The notes below the pieces were generated by a model. That model did no database searches, had not been told where the DNA came from, and was given only the letters and a program-made list of their open reading frames with translations. From Azolla caroliniana (lineage: Eukaryota; Plantae; Polypodiophyta), in contig JBHGNT010000021.1 in NCBI GenBank assembly GCA_043228905.1, positions 5,084,001 through 5,148,000 of the forward strand: a stretch of 64,000 nt of DNA, written 5' to 3'. Shown here piece after piece: positions 23,801 through 35,600 of the stretch (the first letter of the stretch is position 1; every line of letters begins with the position of its first letter). The position numbers and the translations under genes were made by a program.

Positions 23801-24345
23801 ATAGATGTCCCACATAGAAAGGTAAATTCACGCTAGGATAAACATTAGAAAAACGCATAACAAAAGAAAAAGCTACACATACACATCTAGCGTGCATGAT
23901 AAAAAACGCACAAGTTAGAAAAAGCATGATCACTTTAGATAAAGCATATAGTCTATCTATAGGAAAAGCATGGGGTCTATAGTTAGAGAAAAAGCATGGA
24001 TTACTAAGACTTCCTCATCACTACATAAGGATGGGAAGCACAATGTAATTGTGTGTAAAAATACTTGGAAACTGGATATGTTTCTAAAACAAACACCAAT
24101 TAATAAACTATACTCGTGGGATTCACGAGGATTCTATATCATTCTCTTTCAACCCAAATTTATATTCTTATATTCATATTGATTAATCTAATACAATACA
24201 CTTGTGGGATTCACGAGTTTGCTATAACTCTTTCTTACAACATATTTATATTCTTATTAGCCTTAAAACTCTCCTCTTCCTAGTCCAAAACCTCGGCGGT
24301 TCCCACCCGACTCACGCAAACGATCTGGAGCCGAAAGGCACGACA
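20829..24345 (+). mobile_element. Nested non-autonomous gag-only LTR retrotransposon with apparently identical 729-bp LTRs
   Basis: LTRs 20829-21557 and 23617-24345 (TGTCGT...ACGACA); PBS TGGTGAACCCGACGTGAA 21563-21580 (tRNA-Trp); PPT GGAGGGGGTGAG before 23617; TSD ACGT, confirmed against the uninterrupted host 5' LTR. Confidence 0.93.
21597..23615 (+). CDS. 672-aa Gag-like protein with acidic middle and basic C-terminal regions; no recognisable pol domains
   Basis: An open frame runs from the ATG just after the PBS to a TGA overlapping the PPT. The N-terminus (FNGKGVSRYLREY...WESFEEAL...GLTEDWAKVERVC) resembles the gag remnant at 33830-34600. Confidence 0.75.
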   Translation: MENQQEAMNMMMIMFERMQQEQRAMSEMKAAVERLLRRNGEFNGKGVSRYLREYKAEMMQYRIPEGLQVISFSRVASDELQERIHKIQQQNSTWESFEEALREAYDYERWTGRDRREFDEWVASEKTHRSATQAFLEFEHRFARLSERERRLVGGDKVLMFVRSIDRKERMDIGIELEDDEGTNGLTEDWAKVERVCRRHDERKMRILSTTWPMKDGRLRKNDEANMKAEIQHDGTTGERVEQDTHSSCERTMAKDKADNSSVEGNFGIQVPETSGQKGVSIIDVCIIDADKECEADVIKEVATKDEIESEVAMDESMADCHIETSPPLIPETPAVAIERQRETEETEGGGEKTNVEADEYDEEIAENNAKGETTKEGNTEDSCQQYLETSAVVFENQRETGETGDGGEEGKVGSRFGWKMIHPKFQSKRKCDNAEVGSTTGEARNTEHALRRIKKRVLWRIKKHALRREKKHALQPHEDRTTSTYRRTYVANNGKKCRKSNRTRQVKTKKRKQIRTKRKEKKPTRKSTESVKTDQPSPDRPNTNRKGSRTKRKTIRRDRIGSKLIRLNRKSEKKSRLMKKRKRARKDTTADDKDQAGHAKSERRLWWIGCRQWFGWKEWMCSKWRDKVNITREVEGTTSRQRNQSGRARTEETNKHQQLRHIPEDVRVWRG

Positions 24346-25265
24346 ACGTTGGTGAGGGTAGGTCACTAATATTTACATTAGTGAAGGGTATGTTCACTAT
24401 TATTAAAAAGGGGACTAATGATTGGATAGAATGAATGATATGTGCATGCACTATCATGATTTAGACAACCAATGAATAGAGAGCCTTTTAGAAAGGCACA
24501 TCTATTCAAGGGGCCTAGGAAAAGGTATAAATATGAGGCTTAGCTACCCTCATAGGTACATCACGTCGGAAGGCTGCTGTCGTAGACACCGGTGGTGTGG
24601 GCTAGGCTTTCGTCTCGACGATCGTGTTTATCTCTTCCAAGGTATTAGTCATCCTAATATCCGGCGGTATGGGACGTCGGTGGTAGGTTGGCTATGTCTA
24701 GATCATAGCTCGGGGGTGGTCGGGTGGAACGGGTTCTTCTATCCAATCTATTTTCTTCCTTTTTACTTGATTTGGTCTATTGATTAGTAATAGACTCTTA
24801 ACACTTGACAACCTGATTAGGCTAACAACATTACAATGGCTCTAGCCATGACGACCTATGAAAACCACAAATAATACAGTCTAAGATTATTTCCACCTTC
24901 TCACCCAACCTTTTTGCCAAAAACTTCAAGGCACAAAACTATTACCACTATTTGCAAAGCATGTGATCAATGCATTCAATGGTGCCCTACCTGTTATAGG
25001 CATGGTTCATCCCCCCCCCCCGTGAAACTCATATCAATCAACATCCATGTCTTGTATGCGCTGTCATCATTGCATTCCATGAAACCACATATGTAGTTAG
25101 AAGCCTTTGGAACACATCTCATACTTCAACAAGCCAGCTAACATGGTCATGAGAGTTCCATTTCCGGCTTTTATAAAATGGTGTGTTACACCTTCCATTT
25201 CCAACTACTCTTTTCTCTACGTGAGCTTCCATTGCAACCATCACAACAACTACTTCCAAGGTTCA

Positions 25266-27760
25266 TTACAGCTTCTGCACTAGAATTCCTATGAATCCTC
25301 CAAATTTCCTGCATCTTACCAAAGGTGGTTCGTAAACATGAACTCCACAATCGATGAACATCTCCCTAAGTAATGTTGTTACCATGCCAACACCCATAAC
25401 AACAAGTAATGTTGATGCCATGCCAAAGTCCATAACACCAAGTCCATTAGATTCAACATGTTGTATTGATATAGATTCTTTCACTATGATTCCTTGATTG
25501 TTGCTGCATTTGAGAGTTCATCCAGATGAACATACCATATTAAAATTCTCTCAGCCACGTTGCCAGCTATCTCCTCATCAGTTACGACGTCATTGGCACT
25601 GGACACCTCATGCAACCTCCTTAATCCACGAGATTCTACAACAACATGTCAGCTAATTAACGACTTCTCTTGTATTTTTCTATGACCTTAGCTGAATACT
25701 AAACATGATAGCAAATTAGCTACATGGTAGGTAAATAACAGCCACTCTTGATACTGCTCGATACTCCTACATCCTCCCTAATTAGCTACATCTTAGCTAA
25801 GTATGGAAGTAGCTAATTAGCTACCACTTAGCTAATTAGCTACATCTTAGCTAAATAGATATTCTTCTTAACTATGGCAGTAGCTAATTAGCTATCACTC
25901 TTGATAATGCTTAGCTAATTAGCTACATCTTAGCTAAATAACTATTCTTCTTAACTATGGTAATAGCTAATTAGCTATCACTCTTGATATTGTTTAGCTA
26001 ATTAGTTGCTAGACTATAGGTCGGCAGTAGCTAATTAGCTACATCTTAGCTAAATAGTTATTCTTCATAACTATTGCAGTAGCTAATTAGCTATCACTCT
26101 TGATAATGCTTAGCTAATTAGTTGCTGACTTTAGATTGTCAGTAGCTAATTAGCTATTCTACTTAAGTATGGTAGTACCTAATTAGCTACATTGTAGCTA
26201 ATTAGTTGCTACAATATAGGCTGCAATAGCTAATTAGCTACTTAAGTATGGTAGTAGCTAGTTAGCTACCACTCTTGATACAACTTAGCTAATTAGTTGC
26301 TACACTATAGATTGACAGTTGCTAATTAGCAATTCTACTTAAGTGTTTAGTAGCTAATTAGATACATTGTAGCTAATTAGCTACTACACTATAGGCTGGC
26401 AGTAGCTAATTAGCTACATCTTAGCTAATTAGCTGCTAGACTATAGATTGGTGGTAGCTAATTAGCTATTCTTCTTAACTATGGCAATAGCTAATTAGCT
26501 ACCACTTTTGATATTGCTTAGCTAATTAGCTAAGATGTAACTAATTAGTTACTACACTATAGAGACAAACGACAATTTTACCTGTTACTTTTCTCCACTC
26601 ATCTGGGAAAGTTGTATTGCAATCCCCCAAATAGACTACACCAATGTGACATGCATATTGAAAGCAAACGATATGGTATGTGTGCTGCCATGGTCGTAGG
26701 TGTACCAATAGAGTAGCAGTTTTGTCCTCTACGCCTAAGTTGCAAGCGATGCAACGTGCTTGAACAGTCAATATATTGTTGTCTGGTTCTCCTTCGTTTT
26801 GTACGGGAGCAAGAATGTTGAGGTCAAATTCTTGTCTACTCTTTACCATCCCCTCCACAAAATGTAGTTGCTTCTTAAGGCAACTAACTACCTGTTCTTG
26901 ACGGGAGTATTGTTCCTAGCACGCAACCAAGAAATTACAGATTTATCATTCCTTAATGAGGAAGATAGAACAACAAGAAACAAGAATCATTAACTTACTA
27001 GGAGGTTCTCGAAATTGTAATCATCGACAATATTTACACCTAGAAGGTCCAGGTTCATTGAAAGAACCTAGATCTTTGTCTACAGTTGTATTTTCCACTA
27101 GGGATCCAACGACCCCTCAATTTCGAGCTCATGTTGAGCAACCTGTTTTAGATAATGCCTCACTAAGCACATTTTCATGTACAAGTTATTTATAACATGT
27201 TACATACTAGCCTATATCATCGACATTGGCTTTCATTGTGTTTCGGTGTGGTGTATACTTGCGGGTTTGTTGGGAGTCAACAGTTGCATCATCAACTACC
27301 ATGCTCCAGAATCTTGCCATTTTTTGTTGCAAGCTCCCCATATTCCGGCATCGTTCTACCGATGCCTCACCATAAATAGCCCAAGCTACCCTGTACATTT
27401 CAGGGTCCGTTGCTTCCTTCATTGTTTTGCAATACTCGTATGCAAAACCTCTCGCAAATGCAACAGACAACTTGTTGTTGACCGGGACCTCTTGATGTAC
27501 TTTTTGGTGGATCCTGATGCAGTTGTCATACAACTCCAGTCATACATGCTTGAGCTTCACCTCGCCTTTCATTCTAGGACTTTATAGACTGACAACCAGT
27601 CTACATCACTAATCAATTTATCTGTTAGAACAACAGGGACAATACCCTCTAGCGATAGACCATATATGTTGTTAAAGTCTTCTTTTGTCTCACAAAACTT
27701 TGCAAAGTTCAACACTCTAAGATATGGAGGAATGAGCCACCTGAAATAAAAAATCAATAC
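25266..27760 (-). pseudogene. Degenerate multi-exon ORF with a RING-like Cys/His motif, probably transposon-associated
   Basis: CIACNL...PWQHTYHIVC...LGDC in ORF 26541-26858; candidate donor at 26581 and acceptor at 25636. Other fragments were not recognised. Confidence 0.35.
25690..26550. repeat. Satellite-like array built on the palindrome TAGCTAATTAGCTA
   Basis: Many exact and near-exact copies separated by short recurring spacers (acatctt, tcactcttgata, ttcttcttaactatggcag). Confidence 0.92.
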
Positions 27761-28280
27761 ATATTACCTCTGCTCTACTAGGACATGTGTATTTAGAACC
27801 ATAATTGGTAGGGAAGAATCAAAAATAAAAAATTAGCCACATTCACCCAAATCCTAAATCGAGTTTGGGGGAAGTTCGCAGACAAACAACCATTGAAATC
27901 AGAAATGTGAATCGGTGCAAAATTCCAACACTAAATCTGAAATTTTCAACAGTAATCAGAAATCAACCGCTTAAAAAATAAAATCCCTATTTAGAAACCC
28001 TGTTTAGAAACCTTAATCAGGAACCCTAATAAGAAATCAACCGCTTAAGGAAATCAAAAAGCCTAATTAGAAACCTTAATAAGAAACCCTAATAAAAAAT
28101 ATGTATGAAATCAACCCTAATAATAAAAAATTGTCAATAAAAAACACACATGCTGCTATACCCTGATCTTCAAGACATCCTTGTTTGGGACTCTAACGAC
28201 TTCATCCTAATCATTTTTTATAAAACATGAATAGGCAACAAAGTTACAGTTATTAGAAAGGGAAAAAAATTAATTTAATT

Positions 28281-29900
28281 TGTAACTGATACATACATGG
28301 ACGAGGATCGAGCTGGTGGTGTGCTGTAGCTTTGAAGGTGCAATGTCGATATCAGAGTTTTTGTGCTGTTGCAGAAGCTTCGTCTACATTCATGCTTAGA
28401 GTACTCCATATGTTTGGATTTCGAACTCAAACTCGGGATTAACAGGAATTTGGTGACATTCAAGTCGAGTTTAGATGAGGGCACTATTCCCCAAGTTCCA
28501 CTACGTCAAAAACCAAAGTTCAAATTTTTGAGTATTCTCATAAATTAAATGACATATATTTAACTAATAAAGCACAATGCGCTGAAATACACAATTTGGA
28601 AACACGGGAAAAAATGTACACAGATTTTACGTGGAAACCCTAAAGCGGGAGAAAACCACGGAAAACGGAACTTCACTATACGGTGGATATACAATGACGA
28701 GATTAGAGTACAACACTCTCTACACCGAGTGTATCAACCGCGCAGGGCTCTTGGTGTAATGTATTATAGAACACAGCTATGGTGCCGCTCGCTCAATCTC
28801 TCTTCTCGTTCTCACTACTCTCACTTCTTGTATATCGTTTGCCCTAGGTGTATTTATCCTAATACACAATATTTGCTATTTGCAAATGTAGCCCCTACTA
28901 TACATCACTTAGACCATTATTATCTATAATAATAATAAGTAGCTATTAGCCGCCTCTAGGATCAACTGTCCAGTCGGTCCGACTAGTCGGCCTGGTCATA
29001 GACCATCTGGTCGGCTCGACTAGTCGGTTGCGTCTTCGACCTGGATCTCCTTTGTGTTGCCTCACCCAGTCAACTCTCACAATTGACTTCCTCGCAACCG
29101 ACTCTTCAACCATCGGTGCTCGGCCCGAACAGTCGGCTCCTCCCACTGGAGGGACATATTCCTAACAAACTCCCCCTTCACTCCTGTGGGGAGGAGTTCG
29201 TTATTCTTGTCCTCTGTCGACAGACTCTGAGTCTGTCCATCGGTAGGTTCTTTGTCAGGATGTCGGATCCATTGTTGTCAATATGGATCTTCACGAGGGT
29301 AAACTCTCCTTCTTCGACTTTCTCCTGCAACCAGTGATACCTTCTTTGTATGTGCTTGGTCCGGGAGTGGTATGCAGCATTCTTGGCTAGATGTATGGCA
29401 CTCTGGCTGTCATAGTGAAGCAAGAAATCCTTTTGCTTCATCCCCAACTCGTTGAGAAAGTTTCTCATCCAAATCAACTCCTTGTCGGCCTCTACAACTA
29501 CCATATACTCTGCCTCTGTGGTCGAAAAGGCCACAGACTTCTGCAATCCCCTTGCATAGGTCATCATGTACCCTGACGTGGATCAGCTTGAGTCTACATC
29601 CCCTGACATGTCCATGTCGATAAACCCTTTGAGCATGGGTTTTTGGACACCATACTTAAGACACACACCCGAGGTGCCTTTTAAGTACTTGAGTATCCAT
29701 TTCACCGCTGCTCATTGTTCTTGTCCTGGATTACTCATGTATCGGCTTACTGTTCCCACAACAAATGTTATGTTTGGTCTCGTGCAGACCATAGTGTACA
29801 TTAAGGCCTCATCTCAGCCTTTTCATTCAGTTAATTGGCAACATTGAGTCGACCGGCTTTGCTTCCGACATGTTGAATCTTTCTAGGATGTTCGTCACAT
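28281..29900 (-). mobile_element. Ty1/copia 3' portion: RT end, RNase H, PPT and 3' LTR (about 28281-29167)
   Basis: QKSVAFSTTEAEY, YDSQSAIHLAKNAAYHSRTKHI, ILERFNM. PPT (plus CTCCCCCT) lies next to the LTR end ...CCTAACA at 29167. Left LTR end is tentative. Confidence 0.85.
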
Positions 29901-30650
29901 TGTCCTGTTGTCACGCTTGCGCGTAGGAAACTAAGGCAGGACAACGGGGGCCCTGAACCGAGGAGTGCGCGAAGATAGAAGGCAAAGAAAGAGAAAGAGT
30001 GAGACGGTAAGAGCCAGATGCCGGCAAGCACAGAGCTTGCCGTATCAGACAATGAGACGACAACACACCAAGACAAACAGAGAGTCGCAACAGTTTAGAG
30101 AAGATTGCAACTGAGTAGAGATCACACTTAGGAAGAATCGATTACAACTTAAGAAGAGTTTATTACAACTAAACGGAGATTACAACCGGCACGTCGGCGT
30201 CCTCACCAAACACTCATACTCGCACGCACACACACACACACACCAGGTCCAAAATGTGTTGTGTAATCTCTACCGGAAGCACACGGACTTTCCTCGCGAA
30301 TAGAGGCGTCCACCCAAGAATCCTATAGAGATAACAAAAGAAATTGGTGCTCGGTTCCCAGTCCGACCACACCTTCTCCTCTCCCCAAAACCCGATCCCT
30401 CTCTCAGTCTTTCTTTCCCCTTTTTATAGGCCGCTGAGGGTGGGCCATTACATCCTTGTTACATCACCTTTATTCTTTGTCCCTTCGGATAGAGATACGC
30501 CTTGATTTGCTAACCTATTAGCATGTTTATATTTACGTCACACTGACCTATTCTTAAATAAGGTACATTAACTTAAATCGGTGCAAATCCGTGTAAAACT
30601 CGTTCACGCGTTAGGACTCCCAATTCCTCCTATGGCTGGTTTTCTCCACA
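29901..30650 (-). mobile_element. LTR-like segment (solo or recombinant) joining a copia RT remnant to a gypsy integrase remnant
   Basis: TGT...ACA termini, ACAT on both flanks and a minus-strand TATA (CCTATAAAAA) near 30421-30430. Confidence 0.45.
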
Positions 30651-32658
30651 ACATCCACCGGCATGCGCCTAAAAGAGACAAATACCGGGAGAAAACCGGT
30701 CCATCGTCAACCATTGCTCTCCGAATCATCGTCCGCTCTCTCCAGGACCGGCTAGTCTTCGTGCCGCTTCTTGACCGCCTTGATTCTCTTCCCCGCCACT
30801 AGCACCACGTTCCGCTTTCCATCGAGCTCCGCGAGATGGTAGGTGTTGTTGTTCGTGCCTGTTACGGCGTAGGGCCCGAACCACCTCGTCTCGAACTTAT
30901 GCGTTGCCTTGTGCGGATTGTCGAGGCTATTGTTGTAAACTAGCACCCAGTCGCCTTCCTCGATCTTCTTCGGTCATAGCCGGTGCGTCCGGTCGAACCA
31001 GCCTTTATTCTTCACCCTCGCAACGTGTAGCTTCGCCTTCGCCCGGTCCACGTCCTCCGGTCTTCGCTCAAGTTGGCGAACCCACGCCACCAACAACTCT
31101 TCTCAGCGCATCTCGTCTCTCCAGTCCACTGTTGCCCATGAGGAAATCGTCTGCTCCATCGGCATAATCGGCTTTTGCCCGTACATAAGCTCCGTCGGCA
31201 TGAACCCAATTATCGAACTGTGCGTAGTTCGGTCTGCCCAAAACGTGTAAGGTAGGAGTCGCGGCCGATTACGACTTGTCCTTCGCACGCTCGTACTAAC
31301 GCCTTCACGATTGGCCCGTGTCCGCGCTCCACCTTCCCGTTCGCCTCCGGATTGTACGTTGTAGTGAGAGAGAGCTTAACCCCTAACTGGCCGAACAACT
31401 CCTCGGCTTCCTACGCATCAAGCTCTCCCCGATCAGCCACGATCTTCCCTACGCACCTGTACTGGCATATCACTTCCTCGATCAAGAACCAGCAGACGGC
31501 CGCAGTCGTCTTGTTCTGCAGCAGATGACCCTCCACTTGGTTCATCAGGTCCTCTCGTGCAAGCGCCAAGTACCGCATCTGCCCTACCCTCATCGGCATC
31601 GTCACTAAGTCCACCATCCACTTGAAATGGACAATCGGCGGGTAGGTCGGGTGCAGCTCGTCTCGGTGCCAAATCGCGGAATGCACTTGGCAGCTTTCAC
31701 AGGTCGTCATGAATTGGCGCACGTCCCAGTACATTCCCGACTACCAATATTTCTCCTTCAGCTTCTCGAATGTAGCCCACATTCCGCGGTGTTCGGCCCA
31801 AGGGCTCTCGTGATACACCGTTATCAATGCCTTCGGTTCCTCTACTCTTGCTGCTACGCGGAGTGGGACACCGTTTCGCTTCTTCGGATGCCTCCATAAG
31901 CTCCCGTCCCATAGGAAGAACCGATACGCCTTCTTTCGGATCCGGTTTGCCTCATCCTTCGTCCATGCCGTGTCTGGTGTCAACGTCTTCAAGTACCTAC
32001 CGAACTGGAGCCACTCCCCGTCGTACTCGCCTTCGTTAAATTTGTTAATTGTCGAAGTGTGCTCTTCTCTTGCCGCTATGCTTGCCGACTCGAAGAAGTC
32101 TACACCGACTTCTTCGTCTTTAGAAACCATGACGTCTTCATCATTGAACCGTGCTCTGGAAAGCATGTCGGCCATGGCGTTGTCCTTCCTGGAGATGTGT
32201 CATATCTCCGAATTCAGGGACTTAATGTACGCGATCCACCTGAGCATTGTCAGGTCTGTTGTCGCGCATCCAGAAACCATACTAAGGATCAGTAGGCAGT
32301 TTGTCTCAATTATTACCTCTGTCCCGATCAGATAGTCTTTGTCGACCTAGACTGCTGAAACGATACCCCAAAGTTCGCGCTTAACCTGGGCATATCCTGG
32401 CTGCCACTCACTTAGTACCTTTGCTCCGAGTCGGATGGGGAACCTTGTGCCATTCTTGTCCTCCTGGTGGACCACCCATCCGATCCCGGTCGGACTCGTA
32501 TCCACGGTCATATAAATTGGGACCCCCCCTTCATAAACCGCTTTCGAGAGTGTTGGTACCGCAGTTAGCGCCTCCTTCAACCTTCAGACCGACTCTGCAT
32601 GCTCTTCGCTCCATTCGAACTTACGCCCCTTCTTCAACAACCCGTAGAGCAATTCCGT
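30651..32658 (-). mobile_element. Degenerate Ty3/gypsy pol remnant (RT end, RNase H, integrase)
   Basis: YMTVDTSPTGIGW, KRELWGIV, ADMLSR, HESPWAEH...CESCQ, VADRGE, YNPEANGKVERGH, KFETRWFGPY, with several stops and frameshifts. Confidence 0.85.
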
Positions 32659-35600
32659 TGTCGTGAAGATTTTCGGCGATAGTGTGTAAATTGTGAGGAA
32701 AATACAAAATCGAGTGTGGTTCTTCTCACAAGATATGAAACAATAATAGTGAAGATACTATTCTAAATAAGTTTAATATCTTGGTACGAAAAGATGGAGG
32801 TCTTAAAGAGCTTTCGAATGCACTTTACTACATAAGAAACAGACAACGAAGTGTCAAGTTATGTGGGTATAAAGATTGCGAAGAAGAAGAGAAAAACAAA
32901 ACTATGAGATATCCCACATAGATAGGACAAATAATGATCCCAGAATATATAAGCAGACTAATATCTCTTCATAATATATCTATGTGTTTGGAGCATAGAA
33001 AGGTTGAGTTGTATGACTTGATGAATGGATGCAGCCAAATTTGATGGTTTTGGACGAATCCAGTCAGAACCGGACCGTTAGACGGATCGCGAAGGAATCG
33101 GATGCGGATCGGATGGACCCAACGGGTAGATTTATCGCGACGCACGATGTCTTGAAGTTTTCCGGTGTGAAATGAACAAAATCGTCTAGTTCTTTGGAGG
33201 TCAAGTGAAGGTGTAATATGCACTTAAACATTTGTAAAAACAAGACTAAAAAGCCTAGTAAAAAGAAAATTTGTATACAAAGGGGTGCAAGTAAAAATTT
33301 GAACCTTGCACCTCCAAGTTGAAAGTCGATAGGCTTACCACTAAGCCAAGTCATCTCTTCAAAAGGTTTACTTGATCATTTTACATGTAAATTCTCATAC
33401 ATGAGAGCTTAGATGATGACATGGCAAACATGCATTTCATGCATTACGTGCATGTCTTGCACCCTCACATGCACCATATGCATGGGGGCATCTATAAAAG
33501 AGTGGAAGAATCAAGCAAGAAAAAACTAATGAAAAATTTGGGAAAAATAAGAAACTTGTTATCCTATTGTTGATGTATCTTGTCTCTCAAATCTAAAGTT
33601 AAGCGTTTAATCTTTATCTCAATCTCTCTCTTTCTCCATATCAATCTATCTTAAATACTTTCTCGTTAAAGCTAGTACAAACTTCAAATCCTTCCGGTCC
33701 AGAACCCCGGCGATTCCGCCTCATGATCCGCACATAGTGCCGAATTTTCACGACATAATTAAGTGGTGAACCCGACGTGAAGAGGCGGTAGGAAGGATCA
33801 AGTCAAGGATCGATCGATACTTGGAGATGGCATCCTCAAGTAATCAAGTAGGAGAGCTCAAAAGGATGATGCTAATCGTCAAACAAATGATGAGATCTTG
33901 GGACAACGATGCGAGCGTGGAGAATGGAGAAGGTCGTCGACCGTGTCGTAGAGCTCGAGGGTCAATTTGATGGAAGGAACATTACGAAGTTCCTTGATGC
34001 ATAAAAAAGGGAGATGAATCAAAGGGACGTGTCCGAAACGCGTCAAATTACAAGTTTCAAAGAGAGTGGTCGCCAACAACCTCCAAAGATGCGTCATTGA
34101 GCTTCAAGAAGGCAAGACAACATGGTCCGAGTTCGAGAGAGCAATATTAGCGTAGTTCGCGACGGAAGATTTGTCGAGGATGACTCGACATGCCTTGATG
34201 AAGTGGATAGAAAAGAAAAATAGAAGATGAGCGCCTCGAGGGTATACGACGAATTCGACCAGATGTTTAGTCGTCCCCCCAACACAGACCAAGTGTTGCT
34301 TGAGGAGGACAAGACTTTGTACTTCTTAAAAGTTGTGGATATGAAGGATAGATGAGAATTGGGTCTGACTCTTCTTGAAGATGATGCCCAAGCAATCGGG
34401 CTTGTGGCAGACTGGATTGCGGTGAAACGAGCGTGCAATAGGCTCGACAAGCGTCGTCAGTGGGTTGATGACACCAACTTGGCAGGATCATCCGAGGAGA
34501 AAACGAGACAACCGAAAGTAGTTGAGCCGCCCAAACAAAGCAACCCGGAAGAAAAGAAGATCGATGACGACATCATCAAAGAACTGGCGAAGAAGTTCGA
34601 GATGGTCACGATGTCGTTCCTTTCGGCGCCAGATCGTTGCGTGAGTCAGGTGGGAACCGCTGGGGTTTTGGACTAGGAGGAGGAAGAATTTGAGACGATT
34701 CTAGTTATGAATAGATTATAAGAAAGAGATAAAAGAACTTGTGAATCCCACAAGTATATATAATTAGATTTATTAATATTTAGAATCCTAATAACAATTT
34801 AGCATAGATTGGAAGAGTAGATTATATAAAACTTCGTGAATCCCACGAGTATATGTTATTAATTGGTGTTTTAGGAAATATATCCAATTTCCCAAATTTT
34901 TCACACACCTTTTACATTGTGCTCCCCATCCTTATGTAGTGATGAGGGAGTCTTAGTAATCCATGCTTTTTTTTTCTAACTATAGACTCCATGCTATAGA
35001 CTATATGCTTTATCTAAAGTGATCATGCTTTTTCTAACTTGTGCGTTTTTTATCGACTATAGCGTTCATGCACGCTAGATTTGCATGCGTAGCTTTTTCT
35101 TTTAGCATGCGTTTTTCTTTTAACTAAAGTTTATCCTACGTGAACTTACATTTTTTATGTGGGACATCTACTTTTTAACATGAATGAAATTCCAGTGTAA
35201 TGGTAAGGTTTCACATTATTAACGTGGAGGTGCAAGGTTTGAATCTTGCCCTATGCATATTATATATATTTTAATATTTTCTACTATTTATTCATATTTA
35301 TTAAATCGGTACTTTATAAGTTTTTCACGTAGTGTACGAAATACACTACGACAACGCTAGCCAACATGAATTGTCGGGGCCCCAAAGGAAAAGAACCCTT
35401 TAGATGCGTGTGGTGCGATAGCATGGACCACATGAGAAGGGATTGTGTGAGCCTTCGGGACGCCATTCGACAAAATATCGTATAATGGATGGCAACATGA
35501 TCTGCTCAAGTGAGACTAGAAGACCCCTACGGGTGAATTTCGGGAGAGGGGGAATGAAGAAAACCATGGAAGATGCCGAGGCCACTCATGTGGATGCGAT

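Larger units (their letters stand above)
14183..24803 (+). mobile_element. Full-length young Ty3/gypsy chromovirus (Tekay/Reina-like) whose 3' LTR is split by a nested element
   Basis: 5' LTR 14183-14655 (TG..CA, 473 bp); PBS TGGTATCAGAGC 14657-14668 (tRNA-iMet); PPT about 20797-20807; 3' LTR 20810-20828 plus 24350-24803; TSD CTTGA on both sides. I saw only one LTR mismatch by eye (gtgCgggc vs gtgTgggc). Confidence 0.95.

Noticed and set aside
25690-26550. CRISPR-like array of palindromic repeats
   Set aside because: Eukaryotic context, recurring rather than unique spacers, irregular period and no cas genes.
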